This document shows, one piece after another, positions 49,074-62,743 of a DNA stretch of 64,000 nt (the stretch's first letter is position 1; every line of letters begins with the position of its first letter). Origin of the DNA: Candidatus Eiseniibacteriota bacterium (GTDB lineage: Bacteria; Eisenbacteria; RBG-16-71-46; CAIMUX01; VGJL01); the NCBI GenBank assembly GCA_963792585.1, contig CAWBWI010000001.1, positions 768,001-832,000 on the forward strand, in the 5' to 3' direction. Both the position numbers and the translations under genes were made by a program. The notes beneath the pieces are model-generated. The model saw only the letters and a program-made list of their open reading frames with translations, was not told where the DNA came from and did not search any database.

Positions 49074-49847
49074 CTACCGTGTAATTCCTCGCTCCGACCG
49101 CTCGATGAACTGACAGAAGACCTCGATCTCCGGAATTGGGGCGCAATCCTGCCGGATCCGTGCGACGGCCTCCTCGGTGAGCAGCGTGGTGCGGAAGAAG
49201 ATACGGTATGCCTTCTTGATCTCTGCGATCGCTTCCCGGGTGAATCCGCGCCGGGCCAAGCCGACGCTGTTCAGTCCCGCGACGCGGAGTGGGTGACCCG
49301 CCGCGCGCACGTAGGGGACGACGTCCTTCGGAACGCGGCAGCCGCCACCGATGATCGCGTGGGCCCCGATCTTGACGAACTGGTGGACGGGGGTCACCCC
49401 TCCGATGATCACGTGATCCTGCACCTCGACGTGACCCGCCAGATTGGCCGAATTCGCGAGCACCGTGTGATTCCCCAGGCGGCAATTGTGTCCGATGTGC
49501 GCATAGGCCATGACGAGGTTATTGGAACCGATCGAGGTCTCCTCTCCCTCGCCCGTCGCACGATTGAGAGTGCAGTATTCGCGGAAGACATTGTCGGCCC
49601 CGACGCGAACGAAGGAGCGCGCCCCCCGGTACTTGAGATCCTGGGGTGCGGTCCCGATCACCGCGCCATGATGGAATCGGCAACGGGGACCGATCTCCGT
49701 CGGCCCCTCGATCACGACGCCCGAATCGAGTACGCATCCTTCCGAGAGTCGAACTCCCTTGCCCACGATGCACCAGGGACCGATCTTGACGTCGTCGGCG
49801 AACTCCGCGTGAAGCGAGACCCGTGCCGCTGGGTCGATCTTGGGCAT
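49074..49847 (-). CDS. lpxA: UDP-N-acetylglucosamine acyltransferase
   Basis: Hexapeptide repeats, PQDLKY, REYCTLNRAT, HIGHNC, LAGHV, HQF, GLNSVGL. Confidence 0.96.
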   Translation of the reverse strand: MPKIDPAARVSLHAEFADDVKIGPWCIVGKGVRLSEGCVLDSGVVIEGPTEIGPRCRFHHGAVIGTAPQDLKYRGARSFVRVGADNVFREYCTLNRATGEGEETSIGSNNLVMAYAHIGHNCRLGNHTVLANSANLAGHVEVQDHVIIGGVTPVHQFVKIGAHAIIGGGCRVPKDVVPYVRAAGHPLRVAGLNSVGLARRGFTREAIAEIKKAYRIFFRTTLLTEEAVARIRQDCAPIPEIEVFCQFIERSERGITR

Positions 49848-49867
49848 CCCTTCCCCTCCCCCCCGAG

Positions 49868-51184
49868 CTAGCGCTCGACGATCTTCGAGAGCAGATCCGC
49901 CTCGGCCACCAGTTGCCCGCGCACGAAACAGCGGCCTGTCATCTTGCAGATCGAGCTCTTCAAGCGCACCATTTCGAGATCGAAGATGAGCTGGTCTCCC
50001 GGCAGCACCGGCCGCCGGAACTTTGCGTTGTCGATCCCCATGAAGTAGACGAGCTTGGTGTCCGGATCGTCGACCGTGTGCAGCAGGAGCACTCCGCCCG
50101 CCTGCGCCATCGCCTCGACGATGAGCACTGCGGGCATGATCGGGTGGCCCGGGAAGTGCCCGACGAAGAACGGCTCGTTGATGGTCACGTTCTTCAGCCC
50201 GACGACCCTCTTGCGCTCCTCGAGCAGCAGGATCCGATCGATGAGAAGCATCGGATAGCGGTGCGGCATGATCCGTTCGATCGCCGCGATGTCGTAGTGC
50301 GCACAGCCCAGAAGGTCTTCATAGGCGTAGCCTTCCTGCTTCGAACCGATCAGCCGCTTCACGAACCGCACGTTCGTGTCGTGTCCGCTCTTCTGGGAGA
50401 GGACGTGCCCCTGCAGCGGACGGCCGAGCAGGGAGAGGTCGCCGAGCAGGTCGAGAATCTTGTGGCGAACGAACTCGTCGGGGAACCGGAGCGGGCCCTC
50501 CGAGAGGATCTCGTCATCCTTCACGATGACGGCATTCCGGGCCGTTCCCCCCTTGATCATCCCCGCCTTCCGCAGCGCCTCCACGTCCCGGTAGAGAACG
50601 AACGTCCGCGCCGGAGCGATCTCCCGCAGGAAGATCTCCGGCGTGATGTCGAGGGTCTGGTGCTGGCTGCCCAGCAGAGGATGGTCGTACTGGATCGTGA
50701 ACGAAATCCGAAGTCCCTCATGAGGCAGCCCGACGATCTGGACCTCCTCGTCGCTGTAGCAGACCGGCGTCTCGATCACGAGCGGGCGCCGCGGAGACGT
50801 CTGTTCGACGATGCCGGCGGACAGGATCGCTTGTGCGATCGGCAGGGCGCTCCCCTCCTCGGGTTCGGGGGCCTCCGCGCCGTCGATTTCAATGTCGGCG
50901 TTGTCGATCCCCAGCCCCGTGAGGCACGCCAGAACGTGCTCGACGGTGTGGACCTCGGTCCCATCGCAATGGAGGACCGTGCGGCGGAGTTGAAAATGCT
51001 CGTTCCCCGAGTTCTCGGGGCGCACCGGGACCCGCGGCCGGCCCGGCAGATCGGTGCGGACGAAGGTGATTCCGCGGTCGGGCGGGGCCGGCTGGAAGGT
51101 AATGTGAACGCGCAGCCCCGTGTGGAGCCCCACCCCTTCGAACGATGCAGGCCCGGCCAGCGTCCGTTGCATCGGCACGCTCAT
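49868..51184 (-). CDS. lpxC/fabZ: Bifunctional LpxC-FabZ
   Basis: [32 protein letters not shown] (LpxC) then [32 protein letters not shown] (FabZ) in one frame. Confidence 0.95.
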   Translation of the reverse strand: MSVPMQRTLAGPASFEGVGLHTGLRVHITFQPAPPDRGITFVRTDLPGRPRVPVRPENSGNEHFQLRRTVLHCDGTEVHTVEHVLACLTGLGIDNADIEIDGAEAPEPEEGSALPIAQAILSAGIVEQTSPRRPLVIETPVCYSDEEVQIVGLPHEGLRISFTIQYDHPLLGSQHQTLDITPEIFLREIAPARTFVLYRDVEALRKAGMIKGGTARNAVIVKDDEILSEGPLRFPDEFVRHKILDLLGDLSLLGRPLQGHVLSQKSGHDTNVRFVKRLIGSKQEGYAYEDLLGCAHYDIAAIERIMPHRYPMLLIDRILLLEERKRVVGLKNVTINEPFFVGHFPGHPIMPAVLIVEAMAQAGGVLLLHTVDDPDTKLVYFMGIDNAKFRRPVLPGDQLIFDLEMVRLKSSICKMTGRCFVRGQLVAEADLLSKIVER

Positions 51185-52239
51185 GGTCGTTCCTCCTCTT
51201 CGCTTCGCTTGCCCTCGAGCGCCTCGAGCCGGCGCGAGAGATCTCGAACGAGCCGCACCATCTCGGGGAGATGGCGCATCGACGCGTAGATCCGGCGGGC
51301 TTGCCCGTGCGGCGACGCCGGATACCCTGAGACCTCGGCGTCGGCTGCGATCGACTTGGTCACCCCGCTCTGAGCTCCAACACGCACGCGATCGCCGACC
51401 TCGATGTGGCCGACCAGGCCGACCTGTCCCCCGAGCGTAACGTCATCGCCGACTCTCGCGCTCCCCGAGATGCCTACCTGCGCGCACAGGATCGAGTTCT
51501 CCCCGATCTCGACGTTGTGGGCGATCATGACGAGATTGTCGATTCTAGTGCCGTTGCCGATACGGGTCGTGCCCGTCGTGGCCCGGTCGATCGTGGCGTT
51601 CGCGCCGACCTCGACGTCGTCGCCGATCTCCACGTTTCCGATCTGCGGGATCTTGCGGATCGTCCCGCCATCGCGGGTAAACCCGAATCCGTCGTCTCCG
51701 ATCACGGCGCCGCTGTGGATGATGACCCTCTCGCCGATCCGACATCCTTCCCGGATGACCGCGTTCGGGTAGATCAATGACTCGGTTCCGATCGTGACGT
51801 CGCCTCCGACGAACGCCCCCGCCATGATAACCACGCGATCACCCAGCTGCGACTGCTCCCCGACGACGACGTGCGGCCCGATCGACACGTCCTTCCCGAG
51901 AACGGCGTTCGGGGCCAGAACCGCGGTCGGGTGGATGCCCGGGAGGATGCCGAGCCGCTCTTCCGCGAAGAGCTTGAGCGCCTGAAGGAAGGTCAGGTAG
52001 GGCTGTTGCGATTGCAGGACAGGCACGGTTCCGCCCGGCGGAACGCCCGCCATGATGATGGCGGATGCGCGGGTCGAGCCGAGGAAGACCTCGTACTTGG
52101 GATGGCCGAGGAACGTGAGATCCCCGGGCCCCGCTTCCCTGATCCCGGCGACACCGGTGATCTCGACAGAGCCGTCCCCATGCAGGGGGACGCCGAGTCT
52201 CTCCGCCAGCTCACCCAACCGTATCCTCATCGTCGACAC
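51181..52239 (-). CDS. lpxD: UDP-3-O-acylglucosamine N-acyltransferase
   Basis: IHPTAV, DGFGF, IPQIGNV, TIDR, IDNLVMIAHNV, AQVGISGS. Confidence 0.96.
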   Translation of the reverse strand: MSTMRIRLGELAERLGVPLHGDGSVEITGVAGIREAGPGDLTFLGHPKYEVFLGSTRASAIIMAGVPPGGTVPVLQSQQPYLTFLQALKLFAEERLGILPGIHPTAVLAPNAVLGKDVSIGPHVVVGEQSQLGDRVVIMAGAFVGGDVTIGTESLIYPNAVIREGCRIGERVIIHSGAVIGDDGFGFTRDGGTIRKIPQIGNVEIGDDVEVGANATIDRATTGTTRIGNGTRIDNLVMIAHNVEIGENSILCAQVGISGSARVGDDVTLGGQVGLVGHIEVGDRVRVGAQSGVTKSIAADAEVSGYPASPHGQARRIYASMRHLPEMVRLVRDLSRRLEALEGKRSEEEERP

Positions 52240-52246
52240 CCGTCCC

Positions 52247-52786
52247 CTACTCGGGCTGGTTCAGGGCGTCGATCACGCGCTGGGTCAGATCGTGGACCTT
52301 GTCCGCGTAGATGATGTTGCCTTCCGAGGCGTCCAGGATGAAGTCGTACCCGTCTTCGGAAGCGATCTTGCGGGCGATTCTCTGGATCTTCTCGATGATC
52401 GGCTTCAGAAGCTCGTCGTTCCGCTGCGTGACCAATCCGCCGGGCCCCCAGATGCTCTGGACGTACTGATCGTGCTCGGCGAGCTTGCGCTGGTAGTCCT
52501 GCTCCTTCTGGCGTCGGACCTGGTCGCTCAGCATGGGGGCCTGGGCTTCGAGTTCCTTGGAAAGCAGGTCCAGCTCCGTCTTGCGTCGCTGCGCCTCCTG
52601 ATTCCAGGTCTCCACTTCCCTGTTGAACTGCTCGGTCGCCGATCGGGCGGCCTGGCTCTGGTCCAGGATCGTGGTCGATCGGATGAACCCGATCTTGAGG
52701 TTCTGAGCCCCCGCCGGACTCGTCACCCCTCCGAGGATTCCGAGGAGCAGCGCGAAACTGGCGGCCCAGGCTAGACGACGGATCAT
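52247..52786 (-). CDS. skp: Periplasmic chaperone Skp/OmpH
   Basis: Signal peptide, KIGFI, long coiled coil, GYDFILD, DLTQRVI; between bamA and lpxD. Confidence 0.9.
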   Translation of the reverse strand: MIRRLAWAASFALLLGILGGVTSPAGAQNLKIGFIRSTTILDQSQAARSATEQFNREVETWNQEAQRRKTELDLLSKELEAQAPMLSDQVRRQKEQDYQRKLAEHDQYVQSIWGPGGLVTQRNDELLKPIIEKIQRIARKIASEDGYDFILDASEGNIIYADKVHDLTQRVIDALNQPE

Positions 52787-52869
52787 ATCGGTGCCTCCTC
52801 CGGGAGAACCGGCTTCAGTCAACGGATGGTAGTCGATTCGTCCGCCTTCATGACACCCCGAAACGGGGG

Positions 52870-55230
52870 CTAGAAGGCCGGCCCAAGGATGAAGTGGAAG
52901 CGCCAGTGCTTGACCGCGGTTCCGTACCCGTAGTCCAGTCCGATCTGGCCGAGCATCGGAATCTCGAAACGCAACCCCCCGCCCAGACCCTCTTTGAGGC
53001 CGGTGAACGAGAGCTCTCCGGGTCGATTCCAGGTGTTACCGGCGTCGTAGAACAGGAGCCCCCGGACGGGGTTCACGATCGGGAACTGCAGCTCGGTGGT
53101 GAAGCCCATCATGACGCGCCCGCCGGGGAAGCGGACCTGTCCCGAGCCGACGCCCTGCACGTTCTCATCCGGGACGACGTAATAGTCGTCATAGCCTCGG
53201 AGGTACTCGAATGGTCGCGTCCCGCCGAGTCGGAAGGTCTCCGTGCTTGGGGTCCCCCTGTGGTTTCCCAGGGGCATGAGCCACCCCAGTCGCCATCGCA
53301 TCATCACCGCGGGCTTCCAGACCGGCTGGAAGTAGACACGGTGATCCACCGTCGGCTTGAAGTAGTGCTGGTCTCCCTGGAACGGTCCGCCGGCAACCTC
53401 GAAGCGCGCGGTCGTCCGCGATCCCAGTGTGGGATAGAACGGATTGTCGGTGGAATTGCGAACGAACGAGAGGAAGGTCGAGTTGATTCGGCCCGAGCTG
53501 GCGGCGAGACGTTCGGAGAGAGGAATTCCATCGGCGGTGGTCGAGGTCTTCAGACTCTCATCGAACTTCGTGTAGCGGAAATCCTCCATGCTGAGACCGA
53601 CGTAGACGTGGGAGTAGTCCGGGAAGGCGTACATCCAGGGTCGGCCGACCGTGAGCGCTCCGCCCTTGCGCGTTTCCGTGTAGAGGTCGCGGGTGCTCCG
53701 GGTATTGAAGACATCGACGCCGAGTGAGGTCGGGTACCCCAGGAACCAGGGATCCTGGAAGCTGACGTTGTAGTTCTCCCGTTTTCCTCCACGCTCCAGG
53801 GAGAGCGACACGCTCTGGCCGTTGCCGAAGAGGTTCGGGTGGCCGAGTTGGATGAAACCGGTCAATCCCGTCTCGCTCGAGTACCCCACTCCACCGCTGG
53901 CCTGCCCCGTGCTCTTCTCTTTGACCTTGAAGACGATGTCGACGTCCGTCCCCTCTCCCGTGGGTTGATAGTCGAGCTGCACGTCTTCGAAGAAGCCCAG
54001 CGCAAAGACGTCCCGTTGCGATCGCAAGAGCAGGGAACGCCGAAGCAGGTCCCCCGGGTACAGGGTCATCTCGCGGCGAATGACCCGTTCCTTTGTCCTG
54101 TGGTTGCCGGTGATCTGGATCTCGTGAACCTGGGACGGGCGTCCCTCGGAGATCCTGTAAGCGACATCGATGGTATCGCCCCTGGCGCTCGTCTCGGGAA
54201 CGATTGAGATTTCGAGCAGGTAACCCCGGTCCGTGTAGAGGCCGTAGGCCTCGGCGGTGGTCTGCTCGAGCTTCTCCTGGCTGAAGGGGTCTCCCGGATG
54301 GAACTTCGCGGCATCCTCGAGGGATTCTCGCGGCACGACCTCATTGCCGCCCCAGCTCCGGTTTCCGAAGAGGTAATAGGGGCCCTCGACGACCGCGTAG
54401 TGAAGGATCACGCCCCGACCTTCGTCCTGGAACTCCGGGTCGTCGAAGGAGACGGTCGCGTCCTTGTAGCCGTGGTTGCGGTAGAAGTCCTCGAGCTTCC
54501 CGCGGTCTTCGCGCGCCCGATCGGCGGTGTACCGCTTGCGGTGGAGGAACGAATTGGGCTTGAGCTGGAGCGCCCCGCGCAGCGTCTTCTCGGTGAATGC
54601 GGCGTTGCCCTCGATCGAGATGCCTCGGATCTTCACGCGCGGACCTTCTTCCACCCGGAGGGTGATCTTGGACTCGCCCGGCGTGGCCTCCTGAACTTCC
54701 GGAATGCAGCGCGCTCCCGCGTACCCTTCCTCCTGGTAGGCCTTCTCGACCGCCCGGCAGCTCTCGTCGAGCTTCTTGCGGGAGAGAAGCTGTCCGGCGC
54801 GGAGGGTCAACTTACCCTTCAGGTCCTCCGTCCCGATCTTCTTGTTGCCGGTGAAATCGAGCGCGCTGACGCGGGGATTTTCCGTGACCTCGACGATGAG
54901 GCGCTGCCCCGCGTCCACGGGCTCGCTCTTGATCTCCACGTTCGAGAAGAGCCCGAGGTTCCAGAGCGCCTTTTGCCCGGCCCGAAGGCGTTCTCCCGAT
55001 AGGGGGTCGCCGATCGGGATATCGAGCGTTCGAAGGATCAGCTGGGAATCCGCCGCGTGGTTTCCCCGGACTTCGATCGCCGTGACGGGCACGGGCGAAT
55101 CGGCGGCGGTGCCGGAGCCCACGCCGGCGGCCTCCGCCCTAACGGCGGAGCCGAGCCACGCGAGGCCCAGCCACAGAAGGAGAAGCACGAAGGGTCCTCC
55201 GGACCCCGCGCGCGGCCCTGTACGTCTCAT
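52870..55230 (-). CDS. bamA: Outer membrane protein assembly factor BamA
   Basis: POTRA repeats (I.V.GN, TKERVIRRE), NLFGNGQ, LRGY loop motif, C-terminal Phe. Confidence 0.95.
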   Translation of the reverse strand: MRRTGPRAGSGGPFVLLLLWLGLAWLGSAVRAEAAGVGSGTAADSPVPVTAIEVRGNHAADSQLILRTLDIPIGDPLSGERLRAGQKALWNLGLFSNVEIKSEPVDAGQRLIVEVTENPRVSALDFTGNKKIGTEDLKGKLTLRAGQLLSRKKLDESCRAVEKAYQEEGYAGARCIPEVQEATPGESKITLRVEEGPRVKIRGISIEGNAAFTEKTLRGALQLKPNSFLHRKRYTADRAREDRGKLEDFYRNHGYKDATVSFDDPEFQDEGRGVILHYAVVEGPYYLFGNRSWGGNEVVPRESLEDAAKFHPGDPFSQEKLEQTTAEAYGLYTDRGYLLEISIVPETSARGDTIDVAYRISEGRPSQVHEIQITGNHRTKERVIRREMTLYPGDLLRRSLLLRSQRDVFALGFFEDVQLDYQPTGEGTDVDIVFKVKEKSTGQASGGVGYSSETGLTGFIQLGHPNLFGNGQSVSLSLERGGKRENYNVSFQDPWFLGYPTSLGVDVFNTRSTRDLYTETRKGGALTVGRPWMYAFPDYSHVYVGLSMEDFRYTKFDESLKTSTTADGIPLSERLAASSGRINSTFLSFVRNSTDNPFYPTLGSRTTARFEVAGGPFQGDQHYFKPTVDHRVYFQPVWKPAVMMRWRLGWLMPLGNHRGTPSTETFRLGGTRPFEYLRGYDDYYVVPDENVQGVGSGQVRFPGGRVMMGFTTELQFPIVNPVRGLLFYDAGNTWNRPGELSFTGLKEGLGGGLRFEIPMLGQIGLDYGYGTAVKHWRFHFILGPAF

Positions 55231-55270
55231 TCGGTGCGTCCTGCTCCGTCGGCGCCGGAGCGGCGGCCTG

Positions 55271-57727
<2,457 letters not shown>

Positions 57728-57733
57728 CGCCGT

Positions 57734-58841
57734 CTATCGCTCCCCGCCCAGATCCCCTCCGGGGCCGCTCGGCACGTCGCTGCACGCCTCAAGCCGCTCG
57801 CTGAACCAAACGGGCGCGGAACTCGTTGCGCTCGGCCGAGGCCATCTCGCGCCCGGACGAGCTGCTGCAGATGGGCCGGCTGCGCGTAGAGCAGGATCTC
57901 GTTCAGCGTCCCAACGTCGGGCAGATCCGTCGAGACCGAGCGGTCACCCCGAAGCGTACCGCGGAGAGGAGCCCGATGCACTCCTGCGATGAGAGCACGC
58001 GGGCGTAGCGCAGGGTCCCGTAGGCCCGGCCGATCTTGTCCTCGATCTGGACCCGCGCGTCCCGGAGGAGCGACTCGCGGGCCCTCGTCCTCCATCTCGA
58101 GGATCTGGAGGACGACGCCGCTGCAGCTTCTCGAGCGTCGCCGCCTCGCTCACGCCGAGGGTGACCTGGTTGGAGATCTGGAAGAAGTTGCCGACGACGT
58201 CGCTCCCCTCGCCGTGGAAGCCGCGCACGGCGAGGCCCACCTGGGTCACCCCCGCGAGCACCTTCTTGACCCGCTGGGTCAGCACCAGGGACGGCAGGTG
58301 GACGAGGACGGAGGCGCGCATCCCGGTGCCGACATTCGTCGGACAGGCCGTCAGGTAGCCCGAACTCGTCCGAGAACGCGAAGGCGAACTCCGCTCCGAT
58401 CTCGTCGTCGAGCCGACTGACCGTTCCCAGGCCTCGTCGAGCTGGATCCCGCTCTTCATGCACTGGAGGCGAAGGTGGTCCTCCTCGTTGATCATCACGC
58501 TCAACGACTCGTCCGCCGCGATCGCAATCCCGCGATGCTTCGCCTCGGCCGTGAGGTCCGGCGAAAGGAGGTGCCGCTCGAGCAGGAACTGGCGGTCCAG
58601 GACGTCGAGCTCGTCGACTGCGGAAACGATCCCGCGCTCCATCCGACTCGTGGCGCGGACGGCGGCTGCCGGCCTCTCGATAGATCGAGGCCAGCTCGTC
58701 CTCGGGCGCGTGCCCGACGAATCGGGCCCCGTTCAGGTTGCGCGCGAGGCGGACGCGGGTGGACAGGATCGTCTCGGCCCGTGGGCCCGAGCCGTCGAAC
58801 CACTTCTTCCGCTCGCCCAGCATCCGATCGACGGGGATCAA
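57734..58841 (-). CDS. mcsB: Protein arginine kinase McsB; frameshifted, 3' end approximate
   Basis: STRVRLARNL, LLERHLLS, MINEEDHLRLQ, GYLTACPTNVGTGMRAS, FQISNQVTLG, QPAHLQ. Confidence 0.92.
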
Positions 58842-59364
58842 GTGCGCGGTTCCTCCTCGGTGGGGGCGCTATCGAGTCCGCGGATCGCATCGCGCAGCTG
58901 GGCGGCCCGCTCATAGTCCTCCGCCACGATCGCCCGCTGGAGGTCGTCCTGCAAGCGCTGGAGTTGAACCTGCGGTCGCTGACCGGACGAGCGGCGGCCC
59001 GGCGTCTTGCCGGCGTGCCGGGTCGATCCGTGGACCCGACGCATCAGGCGGCGAAGCTGCAGATCGAAGGCGGTGTAGCAGTCCGGGACATCCGAGCCGG
59101 CCCGCGCGGGCGAACTCGCTGTAACGCAGGCCGCAGGAAGGGCACTGGACCTGCCCCATCTTCGCGGATCGCTTCTCCGGGTAGAGGTTCTCGGCCATCG
59201 AAGATCAGCTTGCTGGTCAGGCTGTTCTTCTCCATTTCCACGATGGAGTGGAATCCCTTCTCCTCGGCGCAAGCAGGACAGAGATGCATCTCGTGCATCT
59301 CCTCGTACTTGAGCTCCTTGAAGTGGATGGTGGCCTCGGCTTCACCGCAGACCTGGCACTTCAC
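58838..59364 (-). CDS. mcsA: McsA (CxxC zinc motifs + UVR domain); frameshifted
   Basis: CQVC, CPAC, CPSC, LGCPDCY, VHGSTRHAGK, EDYERAAQLRD. Confidence 0.9.
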
Positions 59365-60093
59365 GGCTTCCCTGTCCCTCCCAGTGGTGTTCCGGGTCCG
59401 CCGGATCGGGGTTCCGGCTGGAGCCTTCCTTGGATGAGCCTGCTTCTGTTATCGGCAACTCTGGCGAGGCTTTCATTATGTGTTGCAATGAGCCAGCTTT
59501 GCCCCCGCTCCTTGGCCAGAGTATACACCAGTTCGTGAAGACGCTCGGCCGTCTCCGGATCGAGGTTCCCGGAGGGCTCGTCCGCCACGACCAAACGGGG
59601 CTGGTGAAACAGGCTACGCGCCACGGCCACCCTCTGCTGCTCGCCGCCGGAGAGCTCGTGGGGCTTGTGGCGGACCCGATCCGACAGCCCTACCGCATCG
59701 AGGAGCTCCTGGGCCCGCGCGCGGACCTTCGGGGCGGGGAAGCGCGCGATCAACCCCGGCATCATCACGTTTTCCAGCGCACTGAACTCGGGCAAGCAGG
59801 TGGTGAAACTGGAAGACGAACCCGATGTGCCGATTGCGGAATCCTGCCCGTGCGGAATCCGAGAGATCGAACACGTTCCCTTCGGCGAAATCCACCGAGC
59901 CGCGCGTCGGCTTGTCCAGGGTCCCGACGATGTGGAGCAGGGTACTTTTCCCCACCCCCGACGCGCCAAGGATCACGTGGATCTCGCCGGGCGTCACGTC
60001 CAGGTCGACCCCGCGCAGGACGTGAAGGACCTGCCCGGGACTGGCGAAGTCCTTCTCGATTCCGCGGGCGCGGACGATCGACTCACTCGTCAT
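59361..60093 (-). CDS. lolD: Lipoprotein-releasing ABC ATPase LolD; frameshift near 59795
   Basis: GASGVGKSTLL, IGFVFQFHHL, LSGGEQQRVA, ADEPSGNLD, ATHN. Confidence 0.9.
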
Positions 60094-61324
60094 AGCGGAT
60101 CGCCTCCACCGGATCGAACCGCGAGGCCCACCAGGCGGGCAGGAGGGTGGCAACGACGCAGAGCAGGAGCACGGCGGCCTCGATCGCGATCACGTCCCCC
60201 GCCTCCACGCGTACCGGCAAGCTGTCGATGAAGTAGACGTCTCCCGGCAGCTTGATGAACTTGTACCGCTCCAGCGCCCAGCAGAGCGTGAGCCCCAGGA
60301 AGCTGCCGATCGCCATGCCCACGGCCCCGATCGCCACCCCCTCGAAGACGAAGAGGCGACGGATCGCCCCCTCCGTCGCGCCCATCGACTTCAGGATGCC
60401 GATCTCGCGCCGCTTGACCTTCACCATCATGATCTGCACCGAGGCGATGTTGAAGGCCGCGATGAGGATGATGAGGGCGAGGATGACGAACATCACCCGT
60501 TTCTCGGTCTGCATCCAGCTGAAGAGGTTGGCGTTGAGGTTGATCCAGTCGTTCGTGCGGTAGGGGAAGCCCCCCACGGCGATCACGATCTCGTCCGCGA
60601 TCTCGGGCGCGCGGAACATGTCGCGCACCTTGATCTCGAGCGCGGTCACGTTCTCACCGAGACCGAAGAACTCCTGCGCCTGGCGCAAGTCGATGAAGGC
60701 CATCCCCGCGTCGTACTCGTACATCCCGCTCCGGAAAACCCCGGACACCACGAACGTCCGCACCTTCGGGATGAATCCCAGCGGCGTGGGGGCCGTCGAT
60801 TTCGGGGAGATCAACTGCAGCTTCTCCCCGACCGCGAGACCGAGGGTTTCTGCGAGGTGAACGCCGAGGATGATCCCGGGAGTTCCGCCCGGCGGGGGCG
60901 CGAGCGGCGGCGCCTCGGGCACCGTCTCGATGTAGCGCGCCACGGAGGTGACGCTGTCCTCGCGCGCGGGATCGATCCCCTTGATCACCGCCCCGTCCGC
61001 CCGCCCTCCGGCGACCATCATCGCCTTGGCATAGACGAAGGGGGCCACCGCTGTCACGTCGTCGACCATGCGCACCATTTCGGCCACGGAGTCGGGATGT
61101 GAGATCCCCGCGTCGCCGAAGGTGAGGAGGATCACGTGGGCGTTGGTGCCGACGATCCGCGTCTTCACCTCCTTCTCGAAGCCGTTCATCACCGCCAGGA
61201 CCACGATGAGGGCCATCACCCCGAGCGTGACGGCAAGGACCGTGATGATCGTGATGAAGGAGAGGAAGACCCTCCCCCGGTGCGGGAGGAGATGACGCCG
61301 CGCGACGAAGAGCTCGAACGGCAC
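60083..61324 (-). CDS. lolC: Lipoprotein-releasing ABC permease LolC/E
   Basis: LIVVLAVMNGF, FRSGMYEYD, IAAFNI, EIGILKSMGA, VYFIDSLPV, PAWWASRFDPVEAIRY. Confidence 0.92.
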   Translation of the reverse strand: MPFELFVARRHLLPHRGRVFLSFITIITVLAVTLGVMALIVVLAVMNGFEKEVKTRIVGTNAHVILLTFGDAGISHPDSVAEMVRMVDDVTAVAPFVYAKAMMVAGGRADGAVIKGIDPAREDSVTSVARYIETVPEAPPLAPPPGGTPGIILGVHLAETLGLAVGEKLQLISPKSTAPTPLGFIPKVRTFVVSGVFRSGMYEYDAGMAFIDLRQAQEFFGLGENVTALEIKVRDMFRAPEIADEIVIAVGGFPYRTNDWINLNANLFSWMQTEKRVMFVILALIILIAAFNIASVQIMMVKVKRREIGILKSMGATEGAIRRLFVFEGVAIGAVGMAIGSFLGLTLCWALERYKFIKLPGDVYFIDSLPVRVEAGDVIAIEAAVLLLCVVATLLPAWWASRFDPVEAIRYDE

Positions 61325-61330
61325 GCTGCC

Positions 61331-62729
61331 TCAGTCCACGTCGAAGACGAGCGGATCCGCCTCGTCGGCGACCACCGTCGGGTACGCCCCCGTGAAACAG
61401 GCGAGACAGTAGGAATTGGGGGCGACCACCGCCGCCTTGAGATCGTCGGTCGTCAGGTAGCCCAGGGTGGTCGCCCCGATGTAGGCGCGGATCTGCTCCA
61501 CATCGAGCCTGCTGCCGATCAACTCCGCCTTTCGCGGGGTGTCGATGCCGTAGTAGCACGGACTCGTGATCGGCGGGCTCGAGAGGCGAAAGTGAACCTC
61601 GCTGGCGCCGGCCCGCAGCAGGAGGCGGACCAGCTGGCGGCTCGTCGTCCCCCGGACGATCGAGTCGTCCACCACGACGACCCTGCGGTCCTTCAGGACC
61701 TCGACGACAGGGTTGAACTTCACCCGCACCGCGTCGACGCGCGACTGCTGCCCCGGCCGGATGAAGGTGCGACCGACGTAGTGGTTCCTGATCAATCCGT
61801 GCTCGTACGGAATCCCCATCTCCTCCGCGAACCCGAGGGCGGCGCTGTTCGAGGAGTCGGGCACCGAGATGACGATGTCGGCCTGCGCCGGGTGACGTCG
61901 CGCGAGAAGGCGGCCGAGCTTGCGGCGCACATCCTGGACGCTCTCCCCGAAGACATGGGAGTCGGGTCGCGCGAAGTAGATCTGCTCGAACATGCAATAG
62001 GTGTGCTGGTCGCCGGTGCGCTCCATCCGGCTCGTAACCCCGTTCGCGTCGAGCACGACGAGCTCTCCCGGGCTCGATCTCACGAACCGTTTGGGCGCCG
62101 AGGATATCGAGCGCGCAACTCTCGGACGTCAGGATGTGCATCCCGTCCAGGTGCCCCAGGACGAGAGGACGGAAGCCGTGCGGGTCTCTCCAGCCGACGA
62201 TCGTCTTCTCGTTCATCACCAAACAGCTGATCGCACCCTCGACCTGCCCGACCGCGTCGAGGACGCGGTCCGGAAGCGTGGCTTTGCGCGAACGCGCGAT
62301 CAGGTGAAGCACGATCTCCGAGTCGGTCGTCGTCTGAAAGATGGATCCTTCCTGCTCCATCTTTCGACGCAGCGGAACCGAATTCGTGAGGTTGCCGTTG
62401 TGGGAGATCGCGAGCTTCCCGCCCTTGTAGTCGACCAGGATCGGCTGCACGTTGCGAAGCTTCGTCGCCTTTCCCGTCGTGGCGTAGCGGTTGTGCCCGA
62501 TCCCCATGTAGCCGTCCATCTGGGCGCGGATCGTATCCGGAAAGATGTCGGAGACCAGACCGATTCCGCGATGGACCCGCGTCTTCTCGCCGTTGTGCAC
62601 GACGATGCCGGCCCCCTCCTGCCCGCGATGCTGAAGGGCGTAGAGGCCGTAGTAGATCGACTCCGCCACGTTGCCGTGACCGTAGATGCCAAAGACGCCG
62701 CACTCTTCGTGGAAGCCGCGAGGCTCCAT
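61331..62729 (-). CDS. purF: Amidophosphoribosyltransferase; frameshift near 62080
   Basis: Propeptide then CGVFG, LQHRGQE, GHNRYAT, HNGNL, VPDS, VDDSIVRGTT, Fe-S cysteines (CMFE, PCYYG, CLAC). Confidence 0.95.
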
Positions 62730-62743
62730 CGATTCGTTGCCTC

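Noticed and set aside
49868..51184. LpxC-FabZ fusion as a novelty
   Set aside because: Well known in Bacteroidota and related lineages
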